Position numbers and translations under genes: made by a program
Shown: piece by piece, positions 31,667 to 42,525 of the stretch
Layout: each line of letters begins with the position of its first letter
Position numbering within the stretch: position 1 is the first letter of the stretch
The notes under the pieces: model-generated
Seen by the model: the letters and a program-made list of their open reading frames with translations, nothing else
Database searches by the model: none
Told to the model about the DNA's origin: nothing
Origin: Verrucomicrobiota bacterium
Lineage (GTDB): Bacteria > Verrucomicrobiota > Verrucomicrobiia > Limisphaerales > SXQI01
Length of the DNA: 64,000 nt
Reading direction: 5' to 3'
Assembly: GCA_033762115.1 (NCBI GenBank)
Contig: JANRLX010000019.1
Location: 1 to 64,000, forward strand

Positions 31667-34600
31667 ATGGATCTGAGTTCCACTCGAGACGAGGCCTTTG
31701 CGGCCAGACTTCCTCGTGCCATGGCACGACCGTCCTCCCTCGCATGGGTGGTTCTCTCGTTGTGTCTGCTGCTGACTCTGGTAGCCTGGCGGACTTCTCT
31801 TGATGCGCTGACAGCCAGCGATGAAATGAGATTTCAGGCGGTGGTCCAGAAGCTCAGGACCGTTTTGCAGGACAGGATGTCGGATTATCAGCAGGTATTG
31901 CGAGGTTGCGAGGGGTTGTTCGCGGGAAGTGAATCGGTCAGCCGGTCGGAATTTTCCAATTTTGTAAAACGCCTGAGAGTTGAAGAACGATACCCGGGAA
32001 TCCAGGGATTGCAATTCAACCAGTTCGTAGAGCAAAAAAAACTTTCTTCATTTCTCGAGGAAGCAAAGCAGGATGGACATCCAGATTTTAACTATTTTCC
32101 CCCTGGAATTCGATCAAACTATTTCATCATCAAATATATCGAACCGGAGGGTCTCAATTCCATGGCAATTGGATATGACTCAGGAAGCGAAGAGCACAGG
32201 CGGGCCGCTGCGGAGCGGGCGCGGGACAGCGGGGAACCAACCCTGACAGGGAAATTGACTTTGATTCAATCCCCGCAAAATCAGCCTGGGTTTATATTGA
32301 TGGTGCCTGTTTATAAACAGGGTTTGCCTGTTCACGATGTGGCGGCACGGCGCAAGGCGCTGCTCGGATGGGTGATGGGGGTTTTTCGCGCGGGGGTATT
32401 GATGAAGTCTGTTTCCGAAGAGGTCAGTAGTTTATTGAGTGTTGAGCTCTACGACGATCCCAGGATGGGTGTCGATTCACTGCTTTACGATGACGATTCA
32501 ATCCTGCAGTCGCAACTTCCGCTGAATGATTATTCGCTCAGAAAAACGACCCGCATTCCAATTGGAGGTCGTGAGTGGACTTTGCATTGTGTGGCGAAGC
32601 CGGCATTCATGGCAGCGGTGGACCGGAGTCAGCCCAATCTGGTTTTGGCCGGAGGAATCCTGGGGAGTTTTTTAATTTTCAGTGTGATTTACGCATTGAG
32701 CCGGACGCGGGAGGATGCATTACGCCTCGCGATGCAGATGACGGGCAAGTTGAGACTTTACGAGAGCGCGATCAAATCGACCAGCAACGGCATATTGATC
32801 ACCGATGCGCGGCAGCCGGATAATCCGATTATTTATGTGAATCCTGCGTTTGAAAAAATGACAGGCTATTCGCAGGAGGAAGTGATGGGGCGGAATTGCC
32901 GGTTTTTGCAGGGGGAGGATCGTGACCAGGAGGGATTGAAGGAAATCCGCAATGCGCTGCATGAAAAAAGGGAGGCGCGGGCGGTGCTGAGAAACTACCG
33001 CAAGGATGGCACCCTTTTCCATAATGAACTCACTATTTCACCAGTCCATGACAAGCTGGGAATGCTGGCCTATTTCATTGGGGTAACAGTGGATGTGACT
33101 GAGAGGAAACAATTCGAGCGAAGCCTGGCGGAAGCGCGGGACGCCGCATTGACTTCCGCGCGGTCCAAGGCGGAATTCCTTGCGAACATGAGCCATGAGA
33201 TTCGCACGCCAATGAACGGGATCATCGGGATGACGAGCCTCTTGCTTGACACGGATTTGAATCCCCAGCAGCGGGATTTTGGAAACACCATTCGGAACAG
33301 CGCTGATTCGTTGCTGACTTTGATGAATGATATCCTGGATTTTTCAAAGATTGAAGCTGGCAAGCTGGAGCTGGAAATCCTGGACTTCGATTTGTTGGAG
33401 GCTGTGGAATCTTCGCTTGAATTGCTCGCGCCGCGAGCCCATGCCAAGGGGCTTGAACTGGCCAGCCTGGTGCAGGGGGGGACTCCACAAACGGTTACTG
33501 GGGATGTAGGCCGGATCAGGCAGGTATTAATCAATTTATTGAGCAATGCAGTGAAATTCACTGAGGATGGAGAAGTGGTGGTGCGGGTGCGGCATGAGGC
33601 TTTGGAAGGAGCAAAAGTCCGTTTGCATTTTGAAGTGAGCGACACAGGCATTGGAATTCCTGAATCTGCCCAGGCGCGCTTGTTCAAGGTATTTTCTCAG
33701 GCGGATGGTTCGACAACGCGAAAATATGGAGGCACCGGGCTGGGGTTGGCGATCTGCAGGCAACTGGTCGAATTAATGGGAGGAGAGATTGGGGTCCGCA
33801 GCCAGCATGGGAAAGGCTCCACTTTCTGGTTTTATGTGCAGGTGGAGGCAAAAGCGGCTCATTCCTCGACCCTCACGCCCAACCTGGACCTGGCAGGATT
33901 AAAGGTGCTGGTCGTGGATGATAATCAAACCAACCGGCTGATTCTCCAGCATCAACTTTCCACATTCCACTTATCGCCTGTGCTGGTGGCCAATGCCGTG
34001 GAGGCGACAGAAGCGCTCTTCCACAAGGAGAGTGACATCCATGCAGTGATCCTTGACATGCAAATGCCCGAAATCAACGGCATCGAACTCGCGAAGCTGA
34101 TCCACCAGAATTCTGCCACGGCAGAAGTCCCGATCCTCATGTTGACTTCGCTTGGCCAGCAATTTTCAGCAAAGGAATTGAAGGAAGCTGGAATTGTGTC
34201 TTGCCTGTCCAAGCCAGTTAAACAATCCCGACTTTTGTCCGCCCTGAAGAAAGCCATCAAAGGAGAGGTGGAAACGGGTGATCACCAGGGCCGATCTTCC
34301 ATGGAAGCAGCGCCCGATTATCGATTTGGGCAATTGCGTATTCTTTTGGCGGAGGACAATAGCGTGAACCAGCGGATTGCGATTGGCCTTTTGGCAAAGC
34401 TTGGGTGCAGCGCGGACGCTGTGGGAAACGGACTTGAAGCAATTGAGGCATTGCGACGCATTCCTTATGACGTGGTTTTCATGGATTGCCAGATGCCGGA
34501 GATGGATGGACTGGAGGCTTCGCGGGAAATTCGCAAACGGGAAACGAACAGTTCACTTGCCCCGAGGACTGCGCCGGTGCATATCATTGCGCTTACAGCC

Positions 34601-35116
34601 AACGCAATGCAGGGGGATCGGGAGCGTTGTATCGAGGCAGGAATGAATGATTACCTGAGAAAGCCGGTGCAGCGAAAAGATATGGAGCAGGCGTTGCAAA
34701 GTTACCTCTCTTCAAGCGGGAACAGGACCGCACCTGTAATGAATACATTTACCCGGGCTGAAGAGCGCAAGATGGTCGATTGGGAACGGCTGTCAGATGT
34801 CAGCGGCGGCGATTTTGAGGAAATGCGCGGCCTGGCGGAACTGTTCATCGAGCAGGCGGATGAAATCATGTGCAAGCTGGAAGCTGCGGTCGAGAATCAA
34901 CAAATCCGTGAAGTGGAGCAGCACGCGCACAAACTGGCAGGCGCGAGTTCCAGCTGTGGGATGGATGGAATGGTTGAGTCCCTGAAGCGGATGGAAGAGG
35001 AAGCGCGTGGCGGTTCGTTGCATAACGCCAAAGCGCTTTTTGCCAGGGCTACCGAGGAGCTCGGATTGATTAAGAACCTGTTGGAAGAGCGGTTTCCCAC
35101 CCTCCATCCTGTATGA
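31667..35116 (+). CDS. Hybrid sensor kinase: TM-CHASE-TM-LOV-HisKA-HATPase-REC-REC-Hpt
   Basis: CHASE-like periplasmic region; LOV motif [23 protein letters not shown]; two REC domains (ILDMQMP, FMDCQMP); Hpt AHKLAGAS. Confidence 0.93.
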   Translation: MDLSSTRDEAFAARLPRAMARPSSLAWVVLSLCLLLTLVAWRTSLDALTASDEMRFQAVVQKLRTVLQDRMSDYQQVLRGCEGLFAGSESVSRSEFSNFVKRLRVEERYPGIQGLQFNQFVEQKKLSSFLEEAKQDGHPDFNYFPPGIRSNYFIIKYIEPEGLNSMAIGYDSGSEEHRRAAAERARDSGEPTLTGKLTLIQSPQNQPGFILMVPVYKQGLPVHDVAARRKALLGWVMGVFRAGVLMKSVSEEVSSLLSVELYDDPRMGVDSLLYDDDSILQSQLPLNDYSLRKTTRIPIGGREWTLHCVAKPAFMAAVDRSQPNLVLAGGILGSFLIFSVIYALSRTREDALRLAMQMTGKLRLYESAIKSTSNGILITDARQPDNPIIYVNPAFEKMTGYSQEEVMGRNCRFLQGEDRDQEGLKEIRNALHEKREARAVLRNYRKDGTLFHNELTISPVHDKLGMLAYFIGVTVDVTERKQFERSLAEARDAALTSARSKAEFLANMSHEIRTPMNGIIGMTSLLLDTDLNPQQRDFGNTIRNSADSLLTLMNDILDFSKIEAGKLELEILDFDLLEAVESSLELLAPRAHAKGLELASLVQGGTPQTVTGDVGRIRQVLINLLSNAVKFTEDGEVVVRVRHEALEGAKVRLHFEVSDTGIGIPESAQARLFKVFSQADGSTTRKYGGTGLGLAICRQLVELMGGEIGVRSQHGKGSTFWFYVQVEAKAAHSSTLTPNLDLAGLKVLVVDDNQTNRLILQHQLSTFHLSPVLVANAVEATEALFHKESDIHAVILDMQMPEINGIELAKLIHQNSATAEVPILMLTSLGQQFSAKELKEAGIVSCLSKPVKQSRLLSALKKAIKGEVETGDHQGRSSMEAAPDYRFGQLRILLAEDNSVNQRIAIGLLAKLGCSADAVGNGLEAIEALRRIPYDVVFMDCQMPEMDGLEASREIRKRETNSSLAPRTAPVHIIALTANAMQGDRERCIEAGMNDYLRKPVQRKDMEQALQSYLSSSGNRTAPVMNTFTRAEERKMVDWERLSDVSGGDFEEMRGLAELFIEQADEIMCKLEAAVENQQIREVEQHAHKLAGASSSCGMDGMVESLKRMEEEARGGSLHNAKALFARATEELGLIKNLLEERFPTLHPV

Positions 35117-36294
35117 AAAGAATCTTAATCGTGGAAGATGATCCGGTGGTCGCCCGGATTTATGAGAACCGATTGCGGAATGAAGGCTTTGGGATTGAAG
35201 TAGTGCATGATGGAGAGCATGCACTGCTTCAGATCAAAAAGGAAAGGCCCGATCTGCTCCTGCTGGACCTGATGCTTCCCAAGATGAACGGAGTGGAGGT
35301 ACTGAAGGAACTGCGAAAAAATCCTTCCACCGAAAAGCTCCCTGTGATCGTCCTTTCGAATTCCTACGTGACCCATATGATCCAGGCCGCGTGGAAAGCC
35401 GGGGCAACAAAATGCCTGACTAAATCCGATTGCACCCCGAAGCAACTGGTCGAGATCATCACCTCAACCCTTGAGGCGGCAGCCTCCATGCAAATCCGGG
35501 AATCTGTACGGCAGGCTCAACCTGCTCCCCCTGTGATGACCGGTGAGCTTGGGTTGCAGGCTGATCTTCGGCTTGCATTCAGCCAGCGCGCACCGCATGT
35601 GCTGGCAACATTAAGGACTGTCCTGCAGGCAACCGTGAAAACGGAGACTGAACTCCAGAAAGCGCCCCATTTGTTCGAATTAAGCCGGATCATTCATTCC
35701 CTTGGAGGCAATGCGGCGTTGATCTCTTTTTATAAAATTGCGGAGTTGAGCAGCGCTCTCGAAGCTCTCCTGAAGGAACTTTATGAAAAGCCGCGCAATA
35801 TCAACCCTTCCACTTTTCGCACGGTGGTTCAGGCAGTGGATTTGCTCGGTGCCTTGTTGAGTGAGCCACTCCATCGCCAGGCCCAGCCCCTGCCTGCATC
35901 CCTCGTGTTGATTGTGGATGATGAACCGATCTCGCGACGCACGATGAGGACGGCTCTGGAAAAAACCTGCCTAACCCCTTTGACAGTGGCATCTCCTTCT
36001 CCGGCGCTGGCGCTCTTGCAGGATAATCCCTTGAGCATTGTCTTTTCGGATGTGGACATGCCTGAAATGAGCGGCTTCGAATTTTGTGCGGAAATCCGCA
36101 AACTAGCCACCCACAAAAATACGCCGGTCATTTTTATTACAGGGCTGGGAGATTTTGAAACCAGGGCAAAATCGACCTTGAGCGGCGGCACTGACCTGAT
36201 CGGCAAACCGGTCTTGCCGCTTGATGTCGCGGTCAAGGCATTGACGTATGTTTTAAAGGCCCACCTGGCTTCAGAAGAAAAAGAATCCGAATAG
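35113..36294 (+). CDS. Response regulator REC-Hpt-REC with no output domain
   Basis: LLDLMLP REC; central 'IHSLGGNA' Hpt-like helix; C-terminal REC FSDVDMP; overlaps the kinase stop. Confidence 0.85.
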   Translation: MKRILIVEDDPVVARIYENRLRNEGFGIEVVHDGEHALLQIKKERPDLLLLDLMLPKMNGVEVLKELRKNPSTEKLPVIVLSNSYVTHMIQAAWKAGATKCLTKSDCTPKQLVEIITSTLEAAASMQIRESVRQAQPAPPVMTGELGLQADLRLAFSQRAPHVLATLRTVLQATVKTETELQKAPHLFELSRIIHSLGGNAALISFYKIAELSSALEALLKELYEKPRNINPSTFRTVVQAVDLLGALLSEPLHRQAQPLPASLVLIVDDEPISRRTMRTALEKTCLTPLTVASPSPALALLQDNPLSIVFSDVDMPEMSGFEFCAEIRKLATHKNTPVIFITGLGDFETRAKSTLSGGTDLIGKPVLPLDVAVKALTYVLKAHLASEEKESE

Positions 36295-36358
36295 CCGGTT
36301 CTATCCTTCGTGCCCCTGTGGCGTTGCTTCCCTTCCCACCTTTGCATACTTTCACGGG

Positions 36359-37357
36359 ATGCAGCAGACCTCATCAGCGCATTTTCCGGAGAGGCGCCTT
36401 CGCCGTTTGCGTTCCTCGCCCCAGCTAAGAGCGCTGGTGCGCGAGACGCGCCTGACTCGGGAACAGCTTGTATTGCCGTTGTTTGCAAGAGAGGGGACCG
36501 CAATCCGGCAACCGGTTCGATCAATGCCGGGAGTATTTCAACTTTCAATCGATGAACTGGTGAAGGAAGCGCGAGGGGCATTTGATTTGGGTGTTCCCGC
36601 AGTTCTGCTTTTCGGGATTCCGGAAACCAAGGATGAGCATGCAAGCTCCGCTTTTGATGAAAACGGGATTGTGCAAAGAAGCGTTCGCGCATTGAAGCAG
36701 GCAATTCCTGAACTGCTGGTCATTACGGATGTGTGCCTCTGCGAATACATGATCCACGGACATTGCGGGCTGGTGCATGAGTCGCGACAGGGAGCAGTGG
36801 TCGAGAATGACACCACACTGGACATTCTCGCTGGCACCGCATTGAGTCATGCCCAGGCCGGGGCAGACATCGTCGCGCCGAGCGACATGATGGATGGGCG
36901 GGTGGCGGCAATCCGTTCCTCCCTCGATGGGAACGGCTTCAGCAACCTGCCGATCATGTCCTACGCTGCGAAATTTGCTTCTGCATTTTATGGACCTTTT
37001 CGGGAAGCAGCAGAATCAGCTCCCCAATTCGGTGATCGCCGGTCTTACCAGATGGATGCAGCCAATGGAGATGAAGCGTTGCGGGAGGTGGCGCTGGATT
37101 TGCAGGAAGGAGCGGACATCGTAATGGTCAAACCGGCGCTGGCTTACCTGGACATTCTTCACCGGGTAAAAACGGAATTTCGCTGTCCCACCGCAGCCTA
37201 TGCGGTCAGTGGTGAATATTCGATGGTGAAAGCGGCAGCGGCCAATGGCTGGATTGATGAACGAGCGGTGCTGCTGGAAAGCCACCTCGCGATGAAACGG
37301 GCGGGCGCGGACATCATCATTACTTACGCCGCGCGAGAATTGGCCGGCTGGATTTAG
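36359..37357 (+). CDS. hemB: Porphobilinogen synthase (ALAD)
   Basis: DVCLCEY..HGHCG, APSDMMDGR, SAFYGPFREA, MVKPAL. Confidence 0.97.
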   Translation: MQQTSSAHFPERRLRRLRSSPQLRALVRETRLTREQLVLPLFAREGTAIRQPVRSMPGVFQLSIDELVKEARGAFDLGVPAVLLFGIPETKDEHASSAFDENGIVQRSVRALKQAIPELLVITDVCLCEYMIHGHCGLVHESRQGAVVENDTTLDILAGTALSHAQAGADIVAPSDMMDGRVAAIRSSLDGNGFSNLPIMSYAAKFASAFYGPFREAAESAPQFGDRRSYQMDAANGDEALREVALDLQEGADIVMVKPALAYLDILHRVKTEFRCPTAAYAVSGEYSMVKAAAANGWIDERAVLLESHLAMKRAGADIIITYAARELAGWI

Positions 37358-37366
37358 CGGATTGCA

Positions 37367-37768
37367 ATGCCGATATTTTATGAATGTGATCGTTGCAGCG
37401 CCTGTTGCCGCTGGCCGGGAGAGGTGAGGATTTCAGCAGAAGAAATCACGCGAATTGCTTCGCACCTGAATTTGACCGAGCATGACTTCATTCAACAGCA
37501 TACCCGGTTGAGCAGTAACCGGCAGGGCCTTGCGTTGGCGGACAAGGAAAATGGAGAATGTGCTTTTCTGGAAGCTGGCTCGTGTGCCATTCAAGAGGTA
37601 AAACCGCAGCAATGCCGTGAATTTCCTAATCTCTGGAATTTCCCCGGCTTTGAAAAGATCTGCAAGGCGGTGCCCCGCCAGGTGGACGAGGCGACTTATC
37701 GTGAACTAATTTTCAAGGCAACAGGGCGGCGAATCAATGGGCCGGACGCGGTTGACGCACCCCCTTGA
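37367..37768 (+). CDS. YkgJ family cysteine-cluster protein
   Basis: CxxCxxCC, CAFL, CAIQEVKPQQCREFP. Confidence 0.88.
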   Translation: MPIFYECDRCSACCRWPGEVRISAEEITRIASHLNLTEHDFIQQHTRLSSNRQGLALADKENGECAFLEAGSCAIQEVKPQQCREFPNLWNFPGFEKICKAVPRQVDEATYRELIFKATGRRINGPDAVDAPP

Positions 37769-39698
37769 GAAGCTCACCTGAGTCCGGATCAGAAGGCCGC
37801 TGTGGTTTTTCGGTTCCTCTTTGGTTCAGCAACTCAAAACTGCGCCAATACTTGTTTGGCACCAGGGCGAGGCCGATCAGGAGCAACTGCGAGGCATTAA
37901 ACACCATGAGCCATTTGAATGCCTGGTCCATGAAACCATAGGTATGCAGCCCCACTCCGAGCATGTTCACTCCGAACCAGGAAAAACCCGTCACGATATT
38001 GCCGATCAATGCCATGATCATGATCCCCCGTTCCCGGATAATTCCACCCCAGCGCGCATGGAGAGCGATCGCCCCCCAGATGACGATCAGCAATGCGCCA
38101 TTTTCCTTGGGGTCCCAGCCCCAGAACCGGCCCCATGACTGGTCCGCCCAGATTCCCCCGAGCACCGTCCCTACGAAGCTGAACAGCACCGAAAAGCAGA
38201 TGATGCCGTAAACCATGCGCGTGAGCGCCTTGGAAGTGGCAGCTGACAATGTTTTGGTCAACACACCCCGCAGCACATAAATAATCGCCAGGAAGCCTGC
38301 GAGGAATGTGGAGGCATAGCCAAGCGTGATAACGACCACATGAGTCGCGAGCCAGAAATTCGTGTCGAGCACCGCCTGGAGCATGATCATGGTGTCCCCG
38401 TCAAGTGACAGGTTGTGCGCGATGACCAGAGTGGTGAAACCAACTGCTGAAGCAGTCACGGTCCCGATCCCATCCTTGTAAATGCGTTCGAGGATTAAAC
38501 CCAGCGCGACCGCGCCCCAACCGACAAAAATCGCGCTGGAATAAAGGTTGGTCACCGGCGGGCGACCCTCGAGCACCATTCGGAAAATCAGTCCCGAGGT
38601 GTGAACCAGAAAAGCGAGGAAAGTCAGATAAAATGCAGAGCGGCTCATCCAGCCGGACCAGCGGAACCAATAGCCGCAGCCAAGGATGAATGCCAGAACG
38701 TAAATGGCCATGCTCTTCATGAACGGCTGAAAATAATTGAAGATCGATTCGCGATGCCCCTTTCCATTGGCTTTGGAAAAGTTTTCCGCGATCCACCGCT
38801 TATATTCCCCAACCGCTTTGTTAAAATCAGCCGGTTTTTGTTTTGAATAGGCTGTGCTCATGGCGGCAAAGGCATTTACAGCGGGATGGATCTCACCGCT
38901 GCGCATCGATTCGAGCAGGCTGCCGCCAATCGTCACCCAGCCGTCCGGGTTCGTTTTGAGGTCACGAGGAGGCACAGCCAGTGGATAGGCAATTTGGGAC
39001 ATCATCTGGTAACGCCGAAAAAAACGGGTCATCAGGGCCAGGTCCTCTTCATTGTACTCTTCGTTTGATTGATGCTTTTGAAGGGCGACCAGGCCATTTT
39101 TGATGTTGTCACGGTAAACAGAAATTTCCTCCTGAAAATCACCGGAGCTTTCCGGCTGCAAGGAATTTTTCAGCCGAAAATAAAGACCAAGGCTGAAGTT
39201 CAGCTTCATGATTCCTTTTTCGAAAGGAGTGCGAACCTCCGGCTCGATTTTAAGGTCGGTGATGCGCCTGGCCTGTTTTTCAATTTCACCCCAGCCTTCC
39301 TTGATCTGGTTGAAGGTGAATTGTTTTTCCTGTTCATCCAGTTTCAGCAACCCCTTGATTTCAGGATGGTCGATGCGAAAAATGGGGCGTGTATCGGCAA
39401 TTTCCGGGCGTGTGGTCACTTCCAGGAGCCATTCGATTGCGGGAAGTTTGACTTTATCACCCTGCGCATTGGTAATGGCCACGCTTTGTTTCCCCTGGAA
39501 CACCAGCAACGCATTTCGGGCGACCGAGTCGATTGGTTGAATTCGGCCATTGAGGAGGACGGGGATTTCTGCAAATTCACGGATGTTGTATTCACCTTTG
39601 GATTTGCGGGGAAAAATCGTCGAGAGGACCCAAAGTGAAAAAATGGCCACAAGTGCCCAGGGGACCCAGCGTTGCCATCTGTTAGACTCTTTTTTCAT
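37734..39698 (-). CDS. ccsA: Cytochrome c biogenesis protein CcsA with large N-terminal periplasmic domain
   Basis: WWD motif WADQSWGRFWGWDPKE; GVGLHTY; WLATHV. Confidence 0.9.
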   Translation of the reverse strand: MKKESNRWQRWVPWALVAIFSLWVLSTIFPRKSKGEYNIREFAEIPVLLNGRIQPIDSVARNALLVFQGKQSVAITNAQGDKVKLPAIEWLLEVTTRPEIADTRPIFRIDHPEIKGLLKLDEQEKQFTFNQIKEGWGEIEKQARRITDLKIEPEVRTPFEKGIMKLNFSLGLYFRLKNSLQPESSGDFQEEISVYRDNIKNGLVALQKHQSNEEYNEEDLALMTRFFRRYQMMSQIAYPLAVPPRDLKTNPDGWVTIGGSLLESMRSGEIHPAVNAFAAMSTAYSKQKPADFNKAVGEYKRWIAENFSKANGKGHRESIFNYFQPFMKSMAIYVLAFILGCGYWFRWSGWMSRSAFYLTFLAFLVHTSGLIFRMVLEGRPPVTNLYSSAIFVGWGAVALGLILERIYKDGIGTVTASAVGFTTLVIAHNLSLDGDTMIMLQAVLDTNFWLATHVVVITLGYASTFLAGFLAIIYVLRGVLTKTLSAATSKALTRMVYGIICFSVLFSFVGTVLGGIWADQSWGRFWGWDPKENGALLIVIWGAIALHARWGGIIRERGIMIMALIGNIVTGFSWFGVNMLGVGLHTYGFMDQAFKWLMVFNASQLLLIGLALVPNKYWRSFELLNQRGTEKPQRPSDPDSGELLKGVRQPRPAH

Positions 39699-40855
39699 AC
39701 GCTTCTCTTTTTAGCGAACGCAACCAAATGCGATAGGAACTGAACCAGCAACCCAACACCCACCAGGACACAGGAAATATAAGGGGTCAGCCAGCTCGGG
39801 TTCCGCACCACCTGCAGGATTGAAACGGTATCCCCCGGTTCGAAGCCACCCTGGTAATAGGTTTCTCCCCAATAACGTAGCGGATTGTTCATATAAATGA
39901 GTATCTCGCGATCTTCGTTGGTTTCAGGGCGTACCAACCGCACACGGCTGGAAAAATTCTTTGGCGTGTCCGTGCCTGCATAGCGCTCGTGGGTGAAATC
40001 AAGCAAATGCAACTGGAACGGCTTGTAATAACGCTCCGGTCGCATGGACATTTCGTAGCGTCTCCCTTTGTGCTCAAACTGCACCGGCTCTGAAAAACCT
40101 TGCGGCAGGCGGCTGCTGTAATTGGTCAGGAGCAATCCCACCAGCCGGTCCTCGGCAAGCCAGTTGGAAATTTTCCAGGTTCCCTTGCTACCATCCTCAG
40201 CCTTGATTTCGACCGTGGCGGCGGGAATGTTGCGATCATTCATCTTGACGGCCTGGTTTGTGGAAATAAAACGCAATTCACTGCCGTAAAGTCGCGGTTC
40301 GGTGTTCAGGGCGTATTCATGAATTTTTACTGTGAAGGGAAGTTGCGGATGGCGGATTTCCCTCCCCGGTTCGAGCATCGATTCAGGAATGGCCACGACA
40401 TGGTCCGTTTGCGGATCGGTGACATCAATGATCGCCACCTCACTCCGGCGTCCGTTCTCCGAATAATTTTTGCTGGAGCCCTCCTCCAGTGCCATGAAGC
40501 TTTCGACCTGGTACACCTCGGTTAAAAATTGCCCGATCAAAAGAAAAATCAAACCGCCATGAACCATGATAATCCCGATTTTCTTTTTGGTAAATTTAAA
40601 CCGAATCACATGGGCAGTGATCAGGTTGACGAGGAGCAATCCGCCCAGGAGATAACCGCCCGGCCAGATCGGGATTTTCCAATTCGCTCCCTGCGGGCCC
40701 CACATGACAAAGAGGCTTTGAAAATAATTTTCCTGGACGATATACAAACCCAGCTTCACCTGCGCCATGGTCCCCATGAAGACCAGGACCCCCGCAAGTG
40801 TCAGGAGAATGACCGTCAGCCAAAGTGATGAAAGCGCCTTCCAGATTTTGCCCAT
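39695..40855 (-). CDS. ResB/CcsB-like cytochrome c biogenesis protein
   Basis: N-terminal TMs with 'GTMAQ' and 'HGGLI'; 'PKNFSSRV', 'MNNPLRYWGETYYQ'; coupled to ccsA. Confidence 0.85.
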   Translation of the reverse strand: MGKIWKALSSLWLTVILLTLAGVLVFMGTMAQVKLGLYIVQENYFQSLFVMWGPQGANWKIPIWPGGYLLGGLLLVNLITAHVIRFKFTKKKIGIIMVHGGLIFLLIGQFLTEVYQVESFMALEEGSSKNYSENGRRSEVAIIDVTDPQTDHVVAIPESMLEPGREIRHPQLPFTVKIHEYALNTEPRLYGSELRFISTNQAVKMNDRNIPAATVEIKAEDGSKGTWKISNWLAEDRLVGLLLTNYSSRLPQGFSEPVQFEHKGRRYEMSMRPERYYKPFQLHLLDFTHERYAGTDTPKNFSSRVRLVRPETNEDREILIYMNNPLRYWGETYYQGGFEPGDTVSILQVVRNPSWLTPYISCVLVGVGLLVQFLSHLVAFAKKRSV

Positions 40856-41952
40856 TAGCGTGCCTTGTCGATGAAACCGAGTAAGTTCTCCTTTTGCTGG
40901 CCGACCAGTTCACTGTCACCCGTCATTTTAAAAAACCAGGTGTTTTCGCCGCGTGGAACAATCGCACCAAGCATCCGGGTTTCCTTCCCGGCGCGGGTAC
41001 CCAAGAGGTCCACGATCTGTGCCTTGTCCCGTGGGAGTTGCTGCTCAGAAACAAGGTTTGCAAGTTCTCCTTCCTGAATGGGCGGAAGGTTGATCTGGCC
41101 GCGCCAACGATTTACATTGGCCAGCAGACCACCGGTGGCGCCGGGAAAGACACTGACTGTAACATCCGCGCTTTGCCCTGAACCCCCGGAAATTTTATAG
41201 CTCGCCTTGACCATCTGCCCCGGTTCCGTGGCCTGCCACCCCTGGGGTATCGGCCAGTCACCTTGCGTGGTGGAAGCCGGTTCTCTTGCAGTAACGGCTG
41301 GTTTTTGTTCCCCGTGGGCGTCTGGACCGTGAAAAGTCACTGACTTGAGGAATGTGAGAAATTTAGGTTTCTGCTCGGCAACAAGTGCATCCTCCCCGGT
41401 CATCTTAAAAAACCAAAGAGCCCCTTCCTGCTCCAGGAAAACGCCAATCGTGCGCAATTTGAATTTCCCCTCCACCCTGGCCTCGGTACTGGCCATCTCC
41501 ACGAGTGTTCCCGTGGCTGGCCCAACCTGGACTTTGCTGGTCATCCCGGCGAATTCTTCTCGCCCGACCTCCTTTAGCCCCAGGCTCTGCCGCCACATGT
41601 TGACACTTTCCAATTCCACCCCGGTCACACCCTGAAGCGGGACAATCGAGACTTCTGCCAGACGACCATCGCCTGCGCTGATCCGGAACGACCCCGCCCG
41701 CATCGTATCACCAGATGTTTCACTCCACCCGGTTGGCAGTTCCCAATGGAGATGAGGCCTTTCCGGGGCAGGGGCTTCATGATTGTGGCCATCGCCTGGC
41801 CCATGCGCATGCCGAGGCAGGCTCTTTTTCTGCTCTTTGGGAACCCGATAACTTGAAATCTCTTCCCTTGAGCATCCGGCCAGCCCTCCTGAAATCAGGA
41901 GGAGCAGGCAAATCCGTGGCAAATATCCATGCCTGTGAGTTCCGCGAACCAT
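40855..41952 (-). CDS. Putative lipoprotein with His-rich linker and two repeated domains
   Basis: Lipobox LAGC; HAHGPGDGHNH; repeated 'N(M/R)WRxxxxL' and 'WFFKMTG' units. Confidence 0.75.
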   Translation of the reverse strand: MVRGTHRHGYLPRICLLLLISGGLAGCSREEISSYRVPKEQKKSLPRHAHGPGDGHNHEAPAPERPHLHWELPTGWSETSGDTMRAGSFRISAGDGRLAEVSIVPLQGVTGVELESVNMWRQSLGLKEVGREEFAGMTSKVQVGPATGTLVEMASTEARVEGKFKLRTIGVFLEQEGALWFFKMTGEDALVAEQKPKFLTFLKSVTFHGPDAHGEQKPAVTAREPASTTQGDWPIPQGWQATEPGQMVKASYKISGGSGQSADVTVSVFPGATGGLLANVNRWRGQINLPPIQEGELANLVSEQQLPRDKAQIVDLLGTRAGKETRMLGAIVPRGENTWFFKMTGDSELVGQQKENLLGFIDKAR

Positions 41953-42067
41953 TGAACTTAAATAATAATGCAGTTTGACGCCGTGGCGAAGTATTTATTC
42001 TGCCCAATCGAGAGGCTTTCGGGTAGATCAATTTGAAGATGCTGATAACAGCTGTTTGGGTAGGCAA

Positions 42068-42424
42068 TCATTTTCCAACCATGGCGTCCAGGTCTGTTTG
42101 CAGTTTTTCAGCCGCTTTGAGCAAACCGAGAAATTTTTTCCCAAACGGTGACAATCGATACTCAACGCGCGGGGGGATTTCCGGATACTGCACCCGCTCA
42201 AAAATTCCAGCGCGGGTGAAGTGGCGCAATCGATCACTTAAAACCTTGGCGCTGATCCCATTAATATGCCGTTCGAGGGCACCCGGTCGGCGCACTCCGC
42301 CCGCGACTGCGCGAAGGACAGTGATTGTCCAACGACATCCAAGAATATCCTCAAGCAATCGATCCACCCGCCCTGAGTTCATTTTCGGCAGTTTTGCCAA
42401 CAATTTTTTCTCGTTGGTTTTCAT
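42068..42424 (-). CDS. HxlR family winged-helix regulator
   Basis: 'ILGCRWT', 'GISAKVLSDRLR', 'YPEIPPRVEYRLS'. Confidence 0.9.
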   Translation of the reverse strand: MKTNEKKLLAKLPKMNSGRVDRLLEDILGCRWTITVLRAVAGGVRRPGALERHINGISAKVLSDRLRHFTRAGIFERVQYPEIPPRVEYRLSPFGKKFLGLLKAAEKLQTDLDAMVGK

Positions 42425-42525
42425 AAACTTACACCAATTTATGGGTATCCCACCGATTTCTGCCCGGTTTTCAAACAAATAAAATTCCGTGATCCTGGCC
42501 GCAGAAGTTAAACCAACAATTTTAT

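Noticed and set aside
41953..42067. Possible dif site in the AT-rich gap at the skew switch (acttaaataataatgcagtttgacg)
   Set aside because: No convincing XerD arm (TTATGTTAAAT-like) or 11-6-11 symmetry.
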